NCBI GenBank assembly: GCA_015257485.1
Contig: JABZKC010000001.1
Span: 5,078 to 69,077 of the forward strand
From: Candidatus Nanosynbacter sp.
Lineage (GTDB): Bacteria > Patescibacteriota > Saccharimonadia > Saccharimonadales > Saccharimonadaceae
Direction of reading: 5' to 3'
DNA: 64,000 nucleotides
The notes under the pieces are model-generated. The model made no database searches. It saw nothing but the letters and a program-made list of their open reading frames with translations, and was not told the DNA's origin. Position 1 is the first letter of the stretch. Each line of letters begins with the position of its first letter. Both the position numbers and the translations under genes were made by a program. Below are positions 39,138-48,764 of this stretch, one piece after another.

Positions 39138-39845
39138 CTATTTCCCATCACTTTCACCATGGTCATGGCGATGAATTCTTTTTACATATTCCTCTGTCGT
39201 TTCCATCGTCGCCACTCCGTCCGCTAGCGCCAAAATTTTATTCCCCACCAAATTCTGATGGTCGAGATCGTGCGTAATCATCATAATCGTGATTCCCTGC
39301 GCATTTAATTTCAAAAGCTCTGCGTATAATTCCTTCTTCGATTTCGAATCCAAATTATTTCCCGGCTCATCCAAAATCAATAATTTCTTCGTCGCTACTA
39401 CCGCTCGTGCTAGCCAAATTTTCTGTCTCTGTCCACCCGAAAGCTCCGCAAAATGTTTCTTCAACATTTTTTTCATGCCAAATTTCGCGAGCGCTTCCTC
39501 ACATTTTTTCTTGTCACTCTTCGTATAAAAAATCCCCCGCTTCTGATTGAGTAGTCCACTTAATACAATTTCTTCCACTGTCGCCGGAAAATTCGACGTT
39601 ATTACCGTCTCCTGTGAAATATAGCCAATCTCCTTCCGGCTCATCCCGAGAAACTCCACACTTCCCGCACTTGGCTCTATCAAACCTAAAATTGTCTTAA
39701 TTAGAGTGGTTTTCCCGGCCCCGTTACAGCCAACCAAGCAGATAAAATCTCCCGCCAAAATTTCAAAATTAATCTTCCGAAACACCGGCGTTTTCGCATA
39801 TTCTACGCTCAAATTTTTTACTGCAATGATTGGCTGTTTTTCCAT
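39138..39845 (-). CDS. znuC: Metal ABC transporter ATP-binding protein
   Basis: GCNGAGKTTLIKTILGL, LSGGQRQKIWLARAV, LLILDEPGNNLD. Confidence 0.85.
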   Translation of the reverse strand: MEKQPIIAVKNLSVEYAKTPVFRKINFEILAGDFICLVGCNGAGKTTLIKTILGLIEPSAGSVEFLGMSRKEIGYISQETVITSNFPATVEEIVLSGLLNQKRGIFYTKSDKKKCEEALAKFGMKKMLKKHFAELSGGQRQKIWLARAVVATKKLLILDEPGNNLDSKSKKELYAELLKLNAQGITIMMITHDLDHQNLVGNKILALADGVATMETTEEYVKRIHRHDHGESDGK

Positions 39846-39852
39846 AAAAATC

Positions 39853-40887
39853 CTATTTACTTAAAGCCGCAAGATTACGCTTCATCAAATCTACGTAAGT
39901 CACGCCCTTCGAAAAATCATCCGCCGTCACATTATGTGCCGAATGTAACTCCAAAACTTCTGCGCCCGTATCTTTACTTACGGTCTCTGCAATCTTGCCA
40001 TTCGAAAGTTCGATCTTGTAAATTTTCTTAATCTTTTCTTGCTTCACTTTATTAATTAAGAAACTAATTGTCTTCGCACTAGCCTCAGTTTGTTCTGAGC
40101 AACCCGAAAAAGCCGCCGCATATTTCAAACCAAATTCATCAGCAAAATAACGGAACGGAAAACGATCTGCCACCACGATTTCTGAGATTTTACCATCAAT
40201 CACTTGATGCAAATCCTTATCTACCTCTGCAATTTCTGCCACATATTTTTCGGCATTATCGTCAATCTTATTTTTCTCCGCCGCATCAATTTCGGAAGCC
40301 ACTTCTGCGATTTTTTTCACGATTTCCATTGCCTTTTTTGGACTCGTCCAAACATGCTCATCAACTTCTGGACCTTCCTCTTCTTCGTCGTGATCATGCT
40401 TATGCTCATGCGATACGTGGTCGTGGTCATGATCGTGGTCATGGCTGTCCGAGTGATTGTTATCATGATCGTGATCATGTTCATCCTCATCTTCCATTCC
40501 TTCCACGATTTCTTCTTCCACCGTCGACACAAGATCAACTAATTTCACTACATGGGTCTTTTTCGTGTCTACGTCTTTCAAAATTTTCTCCACCCAAGTG
40601 TCTGAATCTCCCCCCACGTAGACAAACATATCCGCATTCTTAATATCGATGATATCCTGCGGTGTTGGCTCATAGGTATGGGTTTCTGCTCCCGGCTTCA
40701 CCAACATTTTTGCACTAATATTCGTATTTTTCGTCACTGCCCTAGCAAAATCATAGCCCGGAAAACTGGTCGACACTACTGAATACTTTTTTTGTTCAAA
40801 CTTTTCTCGATTTAATACCAAGAAAGCCAATAATCCCACCACCAAAACTAGGCCGAAAATCGCCCATAACTTTTTCAAATTTTTCAT
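39853..40887 (-). CDS. znuA: Metal ABC transporter substrate-binding protein (TroA/ZnuA cluster-9) with a His/Asp-rich loop
   Basis: Signal anchor, conserved metal-binding His positions, and a charged loop DEDEHDHDHDNNHSDSHDHDHDHDHVSHEHKHDHDEEEEG characteristic of ZnuA. Confidence 0.85.
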   Translation of the reverse strand: MKNLKKLWAIFGLVLVVGLLAFLVLNREKFEQKKYSVVSTSFPGYDFARAVTKNTNISAKMLVKPGAETHTYEPTPQDIIDIKNADMFVYVGGDSDTWVEKILKDVDTKKTHVVKLVDLVSTVEEEIVEGMEDEDEHDHDHDNNHSDSHDHDHDHDHVSHEHKHDHDEEEEGPEVDEHVWTSPKKAMEIVKKIAEVASEIDAAEKNKIDDNAEKYVAEIAEVDKDLHQVIDGKISEIVVADRFPFRYFADEFGLKYAAAFSGCSEQTEASAKTISFLINKVKQEKIKKIYKIELSNGKIAETVSKDTGAEVLELHSAHNVTADDFSKGVTYVDLMKRNLAALSK

Positions 40888-41115
40888 TTTTACTCCTTAT
40901 TCTACTATTAAAATTCTGAGTAAAAAATTTAATCAATCAAGCAATTCCCTCGCGAAACTTCATTCACTCCGCGTTTATCTAATAACCTCAAACGAAAAAT
41001 CCGAAACAAACATCGCGCACAAATCGTTAGTCTCGGCAAACCATCAAAAATGTGGGAAGCTCTCTTTTCACTCCCGCATTCCACCGCATGTCCACAAAGT
41101 CGACAATAGTGCATT

Positions 41116-42135
41116 TTAGCCTCTTGGTGGTTCGCCTTCCGGCTCGTTTAATAATTTCTTTGACTTAATTTCGTAGCGCTTACCGTTAATTGGCGAAACA
41201 TAATAATCTTCGTTCAAAAGATTCACAAACATCGTCAAATCCTTATCATCCATCATGATAATCGCACCATCATCATCAGTCATAAGTTCGAGTTTCATCT
41301 CGTCTGCATAGTCCACCAATTGTTCTTGCGACATTTGCTCTTCGATGTTCATGTCTTGTAACTTCTTCACTAACGGTTTTTTGTCCATCAAAAGCGCATT
41401 CAAGGTCAAACCTTCCGCGAAAGAAAGTTTGTATTTTTCTTCAATTTCTTTCGCCTTCGCTTCCGCTAACATCTGTGATTTAAAATCGTACTGGAAGAGA
41501 TTTTCAAACTTCGTCTGGTTAAAAATCACTACCGATCCATCGACAAAGGCCACCTGATTATCATCTGGCATCTTCAAAGCCACTTCCGCGGAAAATGGTT
41601 CAAAACTTTCCCCATTCAATTCCCAAGAAGTCTTCGCGTTCAATGCAGAAGCGGCAGAAATTCCCTTCGCGATGTAAAAAACTTTCGTCCCATCATCACC
41701 ACCTGGATAAGAAAACTTCGCAATAATTCCCTTCATCTTCTTGAACTGATGCTCATTATCCGTGAAATAATCGATATCCTTGTATTCTTTTTCAATCAAA
41801 TTTAATAGACTTTCTGCGCGAATCACTTTCGAAAGATCCGTACGATAAATTACCTTATCTTCGCCGTCTGATTTTTCATACTCACGGCATTCCAAACCTT
41901 TTTCAGCGCCCGAAATCACATAAGCGATTGCTTCCCCCATAAACATTTGCTTCACCGAATTAGTTAATTTTTCAGAATAGCGAATCTTAAACGGCGTGTA
42001 GTTTTTGTTAAACAAAAATAGTTCACACGACACATTATTTTTTACCTCATCAAGTTCATTCGCCCACAAAAATACATCAAAATCGTTCAATTTTCGAATT
42101 TCAGAGTTCGTAATTTCAGTCTTTTCGGAATCCAT
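41116..42135 (-). CDS. Hypothetical protein (339 aa), acidic, no recognised domain
   Basis: Long ORF co-directional with neighbours; no motif recognised by eye. Confidence 0.5.
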   Translation of the reverse strand: MDSEKTEITNSEIRKLNDFDVFLWANELDEVKNNVSCELFLFNKNYTPFKIRYSEKLTNSVKQMFMGEAIAYVISGAEKGLECREYEKSDGEDKVIYRTDLSKVIRAESLLNLIEKEYKDIDYFTDNEHQFKKMKGIIAKFSYPGGDDGTKVFYIAKGISAASALNAKTSWELNGESFEPFSAEVALKMPDDNQVAFVDGSVVIFNQTKFENLFQYDFKSQMLAEAKAKEIEEKYKLSFAEGLTLNALLMDKKPLVKKLQDMNIEEQMSQEQLVDYADEMKLELMTDDDGAIIMMDDKDLTMFVNLLNEDYYVSPINGKRYEIKSKKLLNEPEGEPPRG

Positions 42136-42171
42136 ATCACCTCACTATTTTTCTATTAGTTTAGCACACTT

Positions 42172-42714
42172 TTACTTCGCTGTTTCGCCGTAAGTATCTT
42201 TTACCACCAAATCCGGCAAAATATTTAAGTCCATCATCAAAACTTCAATGCGGTTTCGTATTTCTTCGGCCTCTGATTCATTTTCCAAAACCGCCTCGAA
42301 CTTAATATAAGATTTTCGGCCATGCTCAATCTGATCAAGATAAATCGTAATCCCGTTCTCCAGTACCACTTCTTGGCGCGTTCTCGAAACTTCCGATTGA
42401 ATAATTAGTCCCATTTGTAATAAAATATTCGCCGCTTCTGCATAACTCGAAACCAAGGTTTCGTGCACCAGATCAATTTTCGACTTTTCGAGATGCCTCT
42501 TACAAATTAGGCTATAACGCGCCGGTCGATCCACCGCCTTTACATCCATTCTTAAGATCATTCTAGCAAAATTATTGTGTTCTTCGTAATTTCGTGGCAC
42601 AAAAATTCGTGAGTGCTGCCAATACATTGGATCAAAATCATAACCCAGATTCATCAAGCGATTTTCTAGTTTATCAGCGTCTCTAACTTCTGCTTTGACA
42701 ATAATTTTCTTCAT
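42172..42714 (-). CDS. CYTH-like domain protein (class IV adenylyl cyclase/triphosphatase tunnel fold), tentative
   Basis: 180 aa. N-terminal IVKAEVRD (ExExK-like), alternating charged beta-strand pattern and C-terminal KFEAVLENESE. Resemblance only. Confidence 0.45.
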   Translation of the reverse strand: MKKIIVKAEVRDADKLENRLMNLGYDFDPMYWQHSRIFVPRNYEEHNNFARMILRMDVKAVDRPARYSLICKRHLEKSKIDLVHETLVSSYAEAANILLQMGLIIQSEVSRTRQEVVLENGITIYLDQIEHGRKSYIKFEAVLENESEAEEIRNRIEVLMMDLNILPDLVVKDTYGETAK

Positions 42715-43166
42715 TCCTCACTCGTTTCCACCGTTAAAATTTCTAGCCCAGAATAATTTTGATTTTCTCGTGCCTTGTTCGCCCACTCATCAGCTAGCTC
42801 ATTCTCTGCCGTGCCATTATGGCCACGTACCCAGACCAATTTTGCGTTTGCCTCCCTGTAAGCTTTGAACACTTTTTTTACTAAACCTAAATTTTTAATT
42901 GGTCCGCTCTTTTTCTTCCAACCGTTCTTTTCCCAACCTGGCGCCCATTTTGTCAGCACATTAATCCAAAATTCTGAGTCCGTCCAAATTTCCGCTTCCT
43001 CGCCCGCTAACACCTTTAAGGCTTCCAGAATCGCCGAACCCTCCATCCGGATATTTGTCGTCAAATCTTCTCGCCCCATCGCTACCGGTTTATTATTTTC
43101 AATTACAGAAAATCCCCCCGGCCCCGGATTCGGTGACGCGCTTCCATCTGTCCATAATTTTCTCAT
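42711..43166 (-). CDS. rnhA: Ribonuclease HI. Start placed at MRKLWTDGS, preceded by GAGG.
   Basis: MRKLWTDGSASPNPGPGGFSVI...EGSAILEALKVL...IWTDSEFWINVL...WVRGHNGTAENELADEWA (DEDD catalytic residues of RNase HI). Confidence 0.85.
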   Translation of the reverse strand: MRKLWTDGSASPNPGPGGFSVIENNKPVAMGREDLTTNIRMEGSAILEALKVLAGEEAEIWTDSEFWINVLTKWAPGWEKNGWKKKSGPIKNLGLVKKVFKAYREANAKLVWVRGHNGTAENELADEWANKARENQNYSGLEILTVETSEE

Positions 43167-43173
43167 TTTACCT

Positions 43174-44385
43174 CTATTTCTGAATTTGCGACACCAATTG
43201 ATAAATCGGCATAAGCACACCGGCAATAATTACTGCAACCATCAAGGTCATAATTACCAACATAATCGGCTCAATCAATGTCGAAATCGTATTAATTTGC
43301 TGATCTAATTCGTCCTCATAGACGTTCGCTGCCTTACCCAGCATTTCATCAATTTTACCAGATTCTTCACCAATCGCCGCCATTTGTGGCAGTAAAGGCA
43401 AAATATAATTTAGCTCTTTCAAAGATGCCGACAAGGTTTTACCCTGTTTCACCTTTTCTGAAACTTCCTTGATTTGTTCTTCCATAACCAAGTTATTAAT
43501 CGCTTCTGCTGAAATTGCCAAAGTATCCTGAATTGACACACCTGTCGAAAGCAAGTTTTCCGCCGTACGCGCGAAACGCCCATTATATAGACGCCAAAAC
43601 ATCAATTTGAATACCGGCATATTCAATTTAATCCTTGCTAAAATATGTCGGCCACTATCGGTACGCACGAACTGGAATACAAAATAGATAATCAAACCCA
43701 GCACGATCGTCACCAACCACCACATATTCACTAAGAAATTCGTGACCGCCACCAGCATATTAGTGATCGCTGGTAAATCTTTTCCAAGATCATGGTAAAG
43801 CTGTTGCACCTGTGGCACCACACCAATCACCATAAATAAAAGCACGCCAATAATTACCGCAAGCACAATTGCCGGATAGGTCAAAGAGTTCTTAATTCTT
43901 GTCACCATCGCATAATCTTTTTCTTGTTGATTAGCTAGTCGTTTTAGTGACATATCTAAAGTACCGGAAGACTCACCAGCTTTTAGTAGTGCTAAATAAA
44001 TTCGATTAAACACTTCTGGAAATTTTGCACAGGCTTGGGTTAGACTTCTACCTGCCTCCACATCTGCCAAAATCGATTCCGTGATGCGACGCATTGGTTT
44101 ACTTCCCGTCTGCTCAATCAAAACTCTCAAGGAATTCGAAAGTGGCAATCCCGCCCCAATCAAAGTCGAAAATTGTCTGGTAAAAACGATTTTATCTTTC
44201 GTGGTAACCTTGTTTTTGAATTTATCAAAAAAACTGTCGCCCGAAGTATCTTCCGTCACCGTATCAGGAGTATAACCACGCTCGATCAAAAGCTTACCGG
44301 CTGCACGTTCACTCTCTGCCTGAATTACACCCTTAATGATTGCGCCCGACTTACTATCACGGGCCTTATAAATATATCGATTCAT
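43174..44385 (-). CDS. pilC: Type IV pilus/type II secretion platform protein (PilC/GspF family)
   Basis: Two GspF repeats and three TM segments, 403 aa. Confidence 0.85.
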   Translation of the reverse strand: MNRYIYKARDSKSGAIIKGVIQAESERAAGKLLIERGYTPDTVTEDTSGDSFFDKFKNKVTTKDKIVFTRQFSTLIGAGLPLSNSLRVLIEQTGSKPMRRITESILADVEAGRSLTQACAKFPEVFNRIYLALLKAGESSGTLDMSLKRLANQQEKDYAMVTRIKNSLTYPAIVLAVIIGVLLFMVIGVVPQVQQLYHDLGKDLPAITNMLVAVTNFLVNMWWLVTIVLGLIIYFVFQFVRTDSGRHILARIKLNMPVFKLMFWRLYNGRFARTAENLLSTGVSIQDTLAISAEAINNLVMEEQIKEVSEKVKQGKTLSASLKELNYILPLLPQMAAIGEESGKIDEMLGKAANVYEDELDQQINTISTLIEPIMLVIMTLMVAVIIAGVLMPIYQLVSQIQK

Positions 44386-45536
44386 TAGGCGCCTTTCACA
44401 ATCCTTTCAAATTCACGTACATCTACTGCATATTCTCTTGCGCTATCATAAGTTACTGTTCCTTGTTGTACTAATTTTGCCAAAGTACGGTCCATGGTTT
44501 GCATACCTTCTGAAGCACCAGTCTGAATTGCCGTATCTAATTGATGAGTTTTTCCTTCACGAATAATCGAGCGAATTGCCGTGTTCGCCACCATAATTTC
44601 TGCCGCACAAACACGTCCGCCACCAATTGCTGGCACTAGACGCTGAGAACAAACTGCCATCAAAATCCCTGCGAGCTGTGAACGAATTTGCGGTTGTTGC
44701 TCTGCTGGGAATACGTCAATCATACGGTCCACTGATTGTGCTGCCGAATTGGTATGTAGTGTCGCGAATACCAAGTGACCAGTTTCCGCAATCGTAATCG
44801 CCGCACTAATTGTCTCGAGGTCACGCATCTCACCGAGTAGTACCACATCTGGATCTTCACGTAGAGCCGACTTTAAAGCCCGACTAAACGAATACGTATC
44901 ATAATGTACTTCGCGCTGCGCCACCAAACTTCGCTTCGATTTATGCGTAAACTCAATCGGATCTTCAATTGTCAAAATATGCACCGATTTTTCACTATTA
45001 ATCTTATTAATAATTGCTGCCAGTGTCGTCGATTTACCAGAACCAGTCGGGCCCGTCACCAAAACCAAACCACGTGGATAATCGGAAAAACCTGAAATCA
45101 CCTGGGGCATACCTAATTCTTCAATCGTTGGCATCTTAGTTGGAATCAAACGAAAAGCCGCTGCAAGATGGCCTTTTTCATTAAAGGCATTCACACGAAA
45201 ACGCGCAATTTCCCCGAAAGCAAACGAATAGTCAAACTCTTTATCCTTCGCCAAAGTTTCACGTTGCATCGAATCTAGCGTCGAGAAAATCAAAGTGTCC
45301 ACAATCTCCGTTGTCAAAATTGGTGTGTTTGGAATTGGTGCTAGTGACCCGTCAATACGTAAAATTGGTGGTAATCCCACCTGAATATGCAAATCCGAAG
45401 CCCCATACTTAATACAGGCTTCTAGTAATGTCTCAATTTTTACGGAATTTGGCACTGCGATTGGCGATGAAGCAGCTGCAGCGGCCTGTGCTGCGGCTGC
45501 TGAGTGTACACTCGTCTGTGCTTGATTTTCTTGCAT
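44385..45536 (-). CDS. pilT: Type IV pilus retraction ATPase PilT
   Basis: ASDLHIQVGLPP, Walker A VTGPTGSGKSTTLAA, Asp box, His box; 383 aa. Confidence 0.85.
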   Translation of the reverse strand: MQENQAQTSVHSAAAAQAAAAASSPIAVPNSVKIETLLEACIKYGASDLHIQVGLPPILRIDGSLAPIPNTPILTTEIVDTLIFSTLDSMQRETLAKDKEFDYSFAFGEIARFRVNAFNEKGHLAAAFRLIPTKMPTIEELGMPQVISGFSDYPRGLVLVTGPTGSGKSTTLAAIINKINSEKSVHILTIEDPIEFTHKSKRSLVAQREVHYDTYSFSRALKSALREDPDVVLLGEMRDLETISAAITIAETGHLVFATLHTNSAAQSVDRMIDVFPAEQQPQIRSQLAGILMAVCSQRLVPAIGGGRVCAAEIMVANTAIRSIIREGKTHQLDTAIQTGASEGMQTMDRTLAKLVQQGTVTYDSAREYAVDVREFERIVKGA

Positions 45537-45580
45537 ATTTACCTCTTATCTTTATTTTACCATAAACTTTTTTATCTTCA

Positions 45581-47332
45581 CTACGCCAAATCTGACGCTA
45601 CGCGATTTACCTCACTTACGGTTGTCACTCCAGTCAGCGCCTTTAACATTCCATCTTGTCGCATCGTCAAAGTACCTTTTTCTTTCGCCAGTTGCATAAT
45701 CTCTGAAGATGTTGCGTGTTTCACAATCATCTTCTGGATATCATCATCAACTTCAATTGTTTCATAAAGACCCACACGTCCCTTATATCCACCCGGCGTT
45801 TCCCTTTCGTCAATTCCCCGCATCATTGAGTAGCCATTCGGATTCACTACTGGAAGTCCCGGATACCCCAAATCTTCCGACACCATCGCCACCTGTTCTT
45901 GACTTTGTGGCAATAATTTCGCTACCAAATCATTAATTTGTTTGGTTTCCATTTCCGTTGAATGCACCACTTCCCGCTTCGGGGCTACACGACGCACCAA
46001 ACGCTGACCAATCACCGTATTTAGTGTCGATGCTAGAAGATATGGTTCAATTCCCATATCTAGAAGCCTTGGCAAAATACCTGCCGCCGAGTTAGTATGC
46101 AAAGTCGAAAATACCAAGTGTCCAGTTAGCGATGCCTGTACGGCTAAGTTAGCCGTTTCCGCATCACGAATCTCACCCACCATTACTACATCTGGGTCTT
46201 GACGTAAAATACTACGCAACCCCGTCGCAAAAGTTAGACCAGCATCCACATTCACCTGAATCTGATTCACACCGCCCATCTTATATTCGACCGGATCTTC
46301 CAGAGTCACGATATTAATCCTGTCGGATTTGATTCGTTTAACCAAAGCATAAAGCGTCGTCGATTTACCAGAACCCGTCGGCCCAGAAGTCAAAATCATT
46401 CCATTCGGACGTTCAATCCCCCGCTGCACCATCGCTAGTGCATGTCCCGTCATCCCCATCTGCTCGATATCGAGCGTCGTCCCACTTTTATCCAAAATAC
46501 GAATCACCACCTGTTCCCCCCAAATCACTGGTGAAACTGCGATACGTAAATCAATTTCTGTACCATCTACCGACACCGTGAACTGACCGTCTTGTGGCAC
46601 CCGGTGCTCATCAATCTTTAAGTTCGCTAAAATCTTAATCCTTGAAACTAGCGCTGGTTCTATCGATTTTGGCAATTCCATTACCTTACGTAAAACCCCA
46701 TCCACTCGGTAACGTACTACCAGTGTTGTCTCCAGTGGCTCAATATGAATATCTGAAGCTTTTGTTTTCGTCGCATAATCTAAAATCGTGGTGAGTGCCT
46801 TCGAAATTGGTGAATCCTGTGTAATCGTTTTTACACTTGAAGAATTTACATCTTCCTCATCACTATTTTTGACCGCTTTTTCCACCGCGCGAAAATCCCC
46901 CTGATACTGAGCAATCGCACTTTTAATTCCTGCCTCGCTGGCCACCATGCCGCGAATCTGTTTTTGGGTCAAAGTCGAAAGATAATCAATCTGTTGCACA
47001 TTCGAGACGTCCAACATCGCCACATAAAGAATTCCGTTTTTCTCCCCTAGTGGCACTACCATCAATCTTGAAACTACATCGTAAGGTAGTAATGTCAAAA
47101 TCTCGCGGTCCATTTTCACGTTATGCAGACTCACATACGGCACATTCATAATCACTGCCGTCGCATGTGAAATAGTCTCAACATCACAAATTTTTTGCGC
47201 TACCAAATTTGCAAGTAATGGCTGTTTACGTTTTTCTGCCTCTTCTACTACTCTTTTTACGTCTGGCTCAAAAACCAACCCTTCCCTTATCAAGAGCTGG
47301 ATCACTTTTTCCTGCGAGTCATGCGTAAACAA
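45581..47332 (-). CDS. pilB: Type IV pilus assembly ATPase (PilB/GspE family)
   Basis: N-terminal GspE_N domain, Walker A LTSGPTGSGKSTTLYA, Asp/His boxes; the tetracysteine zinc motif is absent or degenerate. 583 aa. Confidence 0.9.
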   Translation of the reverse strand: MFTHDSQEKVIQLLIREGLVFEPDVKRVVEEAEKRKQPLLANLVAQKICDVETISHATAVIMNVPYVSLHNVKMDREILTLLPYDVVSRLMVVPLGEKNGILYVAMLDVSNVQQIDYLSTLTQKQIRGMVASEAGIKSAIAQYQGDFRAVEKAVKNSDEEDVNSSSVKTITQDSPISKALTTILDYATKTKASDIHIEPLETTLVVRYRVDGVLRKVMELPKSIEPALVSRIKILANLKIDEHRVPQDGQFTVSVDGTEIDLRIAVSPVIWGEQVVIRILDKSGTTLDIEQMGMTGHALAMVQRGIERPNGMILTSGPTGSGKSTTLYALVKRIKSDRINIVTLEDPVEYKMGGVNQIQVNVDAGLTFATGLRSILRQDPDVVMVGEIRDAETANLAVQASLTGHLVFSTLHTNSAAGILPRLLDMGIEPYLLASTLNTVIGQRLVRRVAPKREVVHSTEMETKQINDLVAKLLPQSQEQVAMVSEDLGYPGLPVVNPNGYSMMRGIDERETPGGYKGRVGLYETIEVDDDIQKMIVKHATSSEIMQLAKEKGTLTMRQDGMLKALTGVTTVSEVNRVASDLA

Positions 47333-47343
47333 AATCTTTTCCT

Positions 47344-47769
47344 TTAATTTTCTTTCTTAGTTTCTGAAGTTTTATCTGAATCCACCTTCATCTTAGAATC
47401 TTGATCTTCACCATCAGAAGTTTTTTCGGCTTCTTCTTTTTTCTCTTCTACCTCTTTTTCTTTTTTCTCTTCTTCTGCCGCAGTCTCCGGCGTAGCGCGA
47501 CCACAAGCCACTAATTCGGCGCGGTCCAAAATACCGTTACGGTCCACATCTTCACAACTACCCACATAAACTTCTACCGTTGGGTTAATCGCATCTACAT
47601 TGAAGACTTCCGGATCAGGACTCGTCAAATCTGCTGTGATTTTACCAATTGTCTTATGCTTTAAATATTTAGCATCTGGATCACCCAATAAGAAGCTTGA
47701 CGCGATGAAAGTAAGCAAGATCCCTACACTAGCAACAAAAGTTACTGTAAAGATATCCGAGCGTTTCAT
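47344..47769 (-). CDS. Hypothetical membrane-anchored protein in the pilus operon (PilP/PilO-position; 141 aa)
   Basis: N-terminal TM (IFTVTFVASVGILLTFIASSFLLG) and a C-terminal E/K-rich tail. Confidence 0.4.
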   Translation of the reverse strand: MKRSDIFTVTFVASVGILLTFIASSFLLGDPDAKYLKHKTIGKITADLTSPDPEVFNVDAINPTVEVYVGSCEDVDRNGILDRAELVACGRATPETAAEEEKKEKEVEEKKEEAEKTSDGEDQDSKMKVDSDKTSETKKEN

Positions 47770-48752
47770 TTCTCATCCTCCTTTTCTTTTTTCTTTGCTT
47801 CTTCTGCTTCTTTTTTCTTGGCTTTTTCCTCAGCCTTTTTCTTCGCCGCCTCGTCTGCCTTGTCTTTCGACTCCTGAGTACGTGCCTTATTTGAGGCATA
47901 AACCGTCGCATCCTTTTCGCGCACCGCCGCACCTTTTGTATAGTACGCTGCACCCTGTGCCGTTAATTCAAGTTTTGAAGATTCTGTTGAAAGATTCGAA
48001 CTCCACTTAATCTGTGCACTTTCGATATTAAAAGAGCGAATCGATTTTTCCAAATTTGAAAGCACCTTCATCGTGTCTTTTTCGTCTTTTTTCACCGAAA
48101 TCGAAACTGGGATGGTTGAGACACCCGGGATTCCACTATTCTTGTATGAATTACCCGGAGATAGTTGCTCCGGCTCAAATCCTGATAGCAGGAAAATTTG
48201 GTTGATGGAAGCGAGCAAGGCTTCATCGTTCTTTTGTGCCGGCAAGGCATCCGGAATCACCCGCAGTGCCGAACACATTTTAATCATCTTCAAATTGTAA
48301 GCCTTTTCATTATCGTTCTTAGAATTCAAATACAACTTCGAATAGTCAATGCGATTTTTTTGATTATCAAAACAACTCTTCTGACCATCGCGCGCAATCG
48401 ATTCTAGGTTTGTATTATTCGCCATTGTCACCAAAGCGTTATAACGCAACGTATTTGCCATCTTCGAAACATCCACCTTGTTTGGATCGCATTTCGCCAG
48501 TTCCTTGTCATTATACTTACCATCCTTATCGGTATCTTCACAAATTCCCACATTCTTAATTGTTTGGTAATAATTATTAATCGAAGTATCACGCGAAGCA
48601 ATCACCTTACTATTGAAGCTCATATATTTAATGAAATAAATCGAAAGTACCATACAAATTCCGAAACAGACTGAGGCCGCCAAAACAATCAAAGTAATTT
48701 GTTGTCTAATCTTATTCATTCGTACGCGTTTTGTTAAAATTAATTCGCTCAT
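47766..48752 (-). CDS. Hypothetical membrane-anchored pilus-biogenesis-associated protein (PilO-position; 328 aa)
   Basis: N-terminal TM after a short cytoplasmic segment, large extracytoplasmic domain, and a C-terminal KKKAEEKAKKKE low-complexity tail. Confidence 0.4.
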   Translation of the reverse strand: MSELILTKRVRMNKIRQQITLIVLAASVCFGICMVLSIYFIKYMSFNSKVIASRDTSINNYYQTIKNVGICEDTDKDGKYNDKELAKCDPNKVDVSKMANTLRYNALVTMANNTNLESIARDGQKSCFDNQKNRIDYSKLYLNSKNDNEKAYNLKMIKMCSALRVIPDALPAQKNDEALLASINQIFLLSGFEPEQLSPGNSYKNSGIPGVSTIPVSISVKKDEKDTMKVLSNLEKSIRSFNIESAQIKWSSNLSTESSKLELTAQGAAYYTKGAAVREKDATVYASNKARTQESKDKADEAAKKKAEEKAKKKEAEEAKKKEKEDEK

Positions 48753-48764
48753 TTTTTACCTTCT

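Noticed and set aside
38119-39174. Four plus-strand ORFs (211, 135, 89 aa) and a 79-aa minus ORF inside znuB
   Set aside because: All overlap the clearly recognisable ABC-3 permease gene. Their translations are low-complexity (S/T/P/A-rich or G/D-rich).
40929-41114. 61-aa Cys/Arg-rich ORF upstream of znuA
   Set aside because: Composition is atypical for this genome, it lies in a likely regulatory leader, and no RBS is evident.
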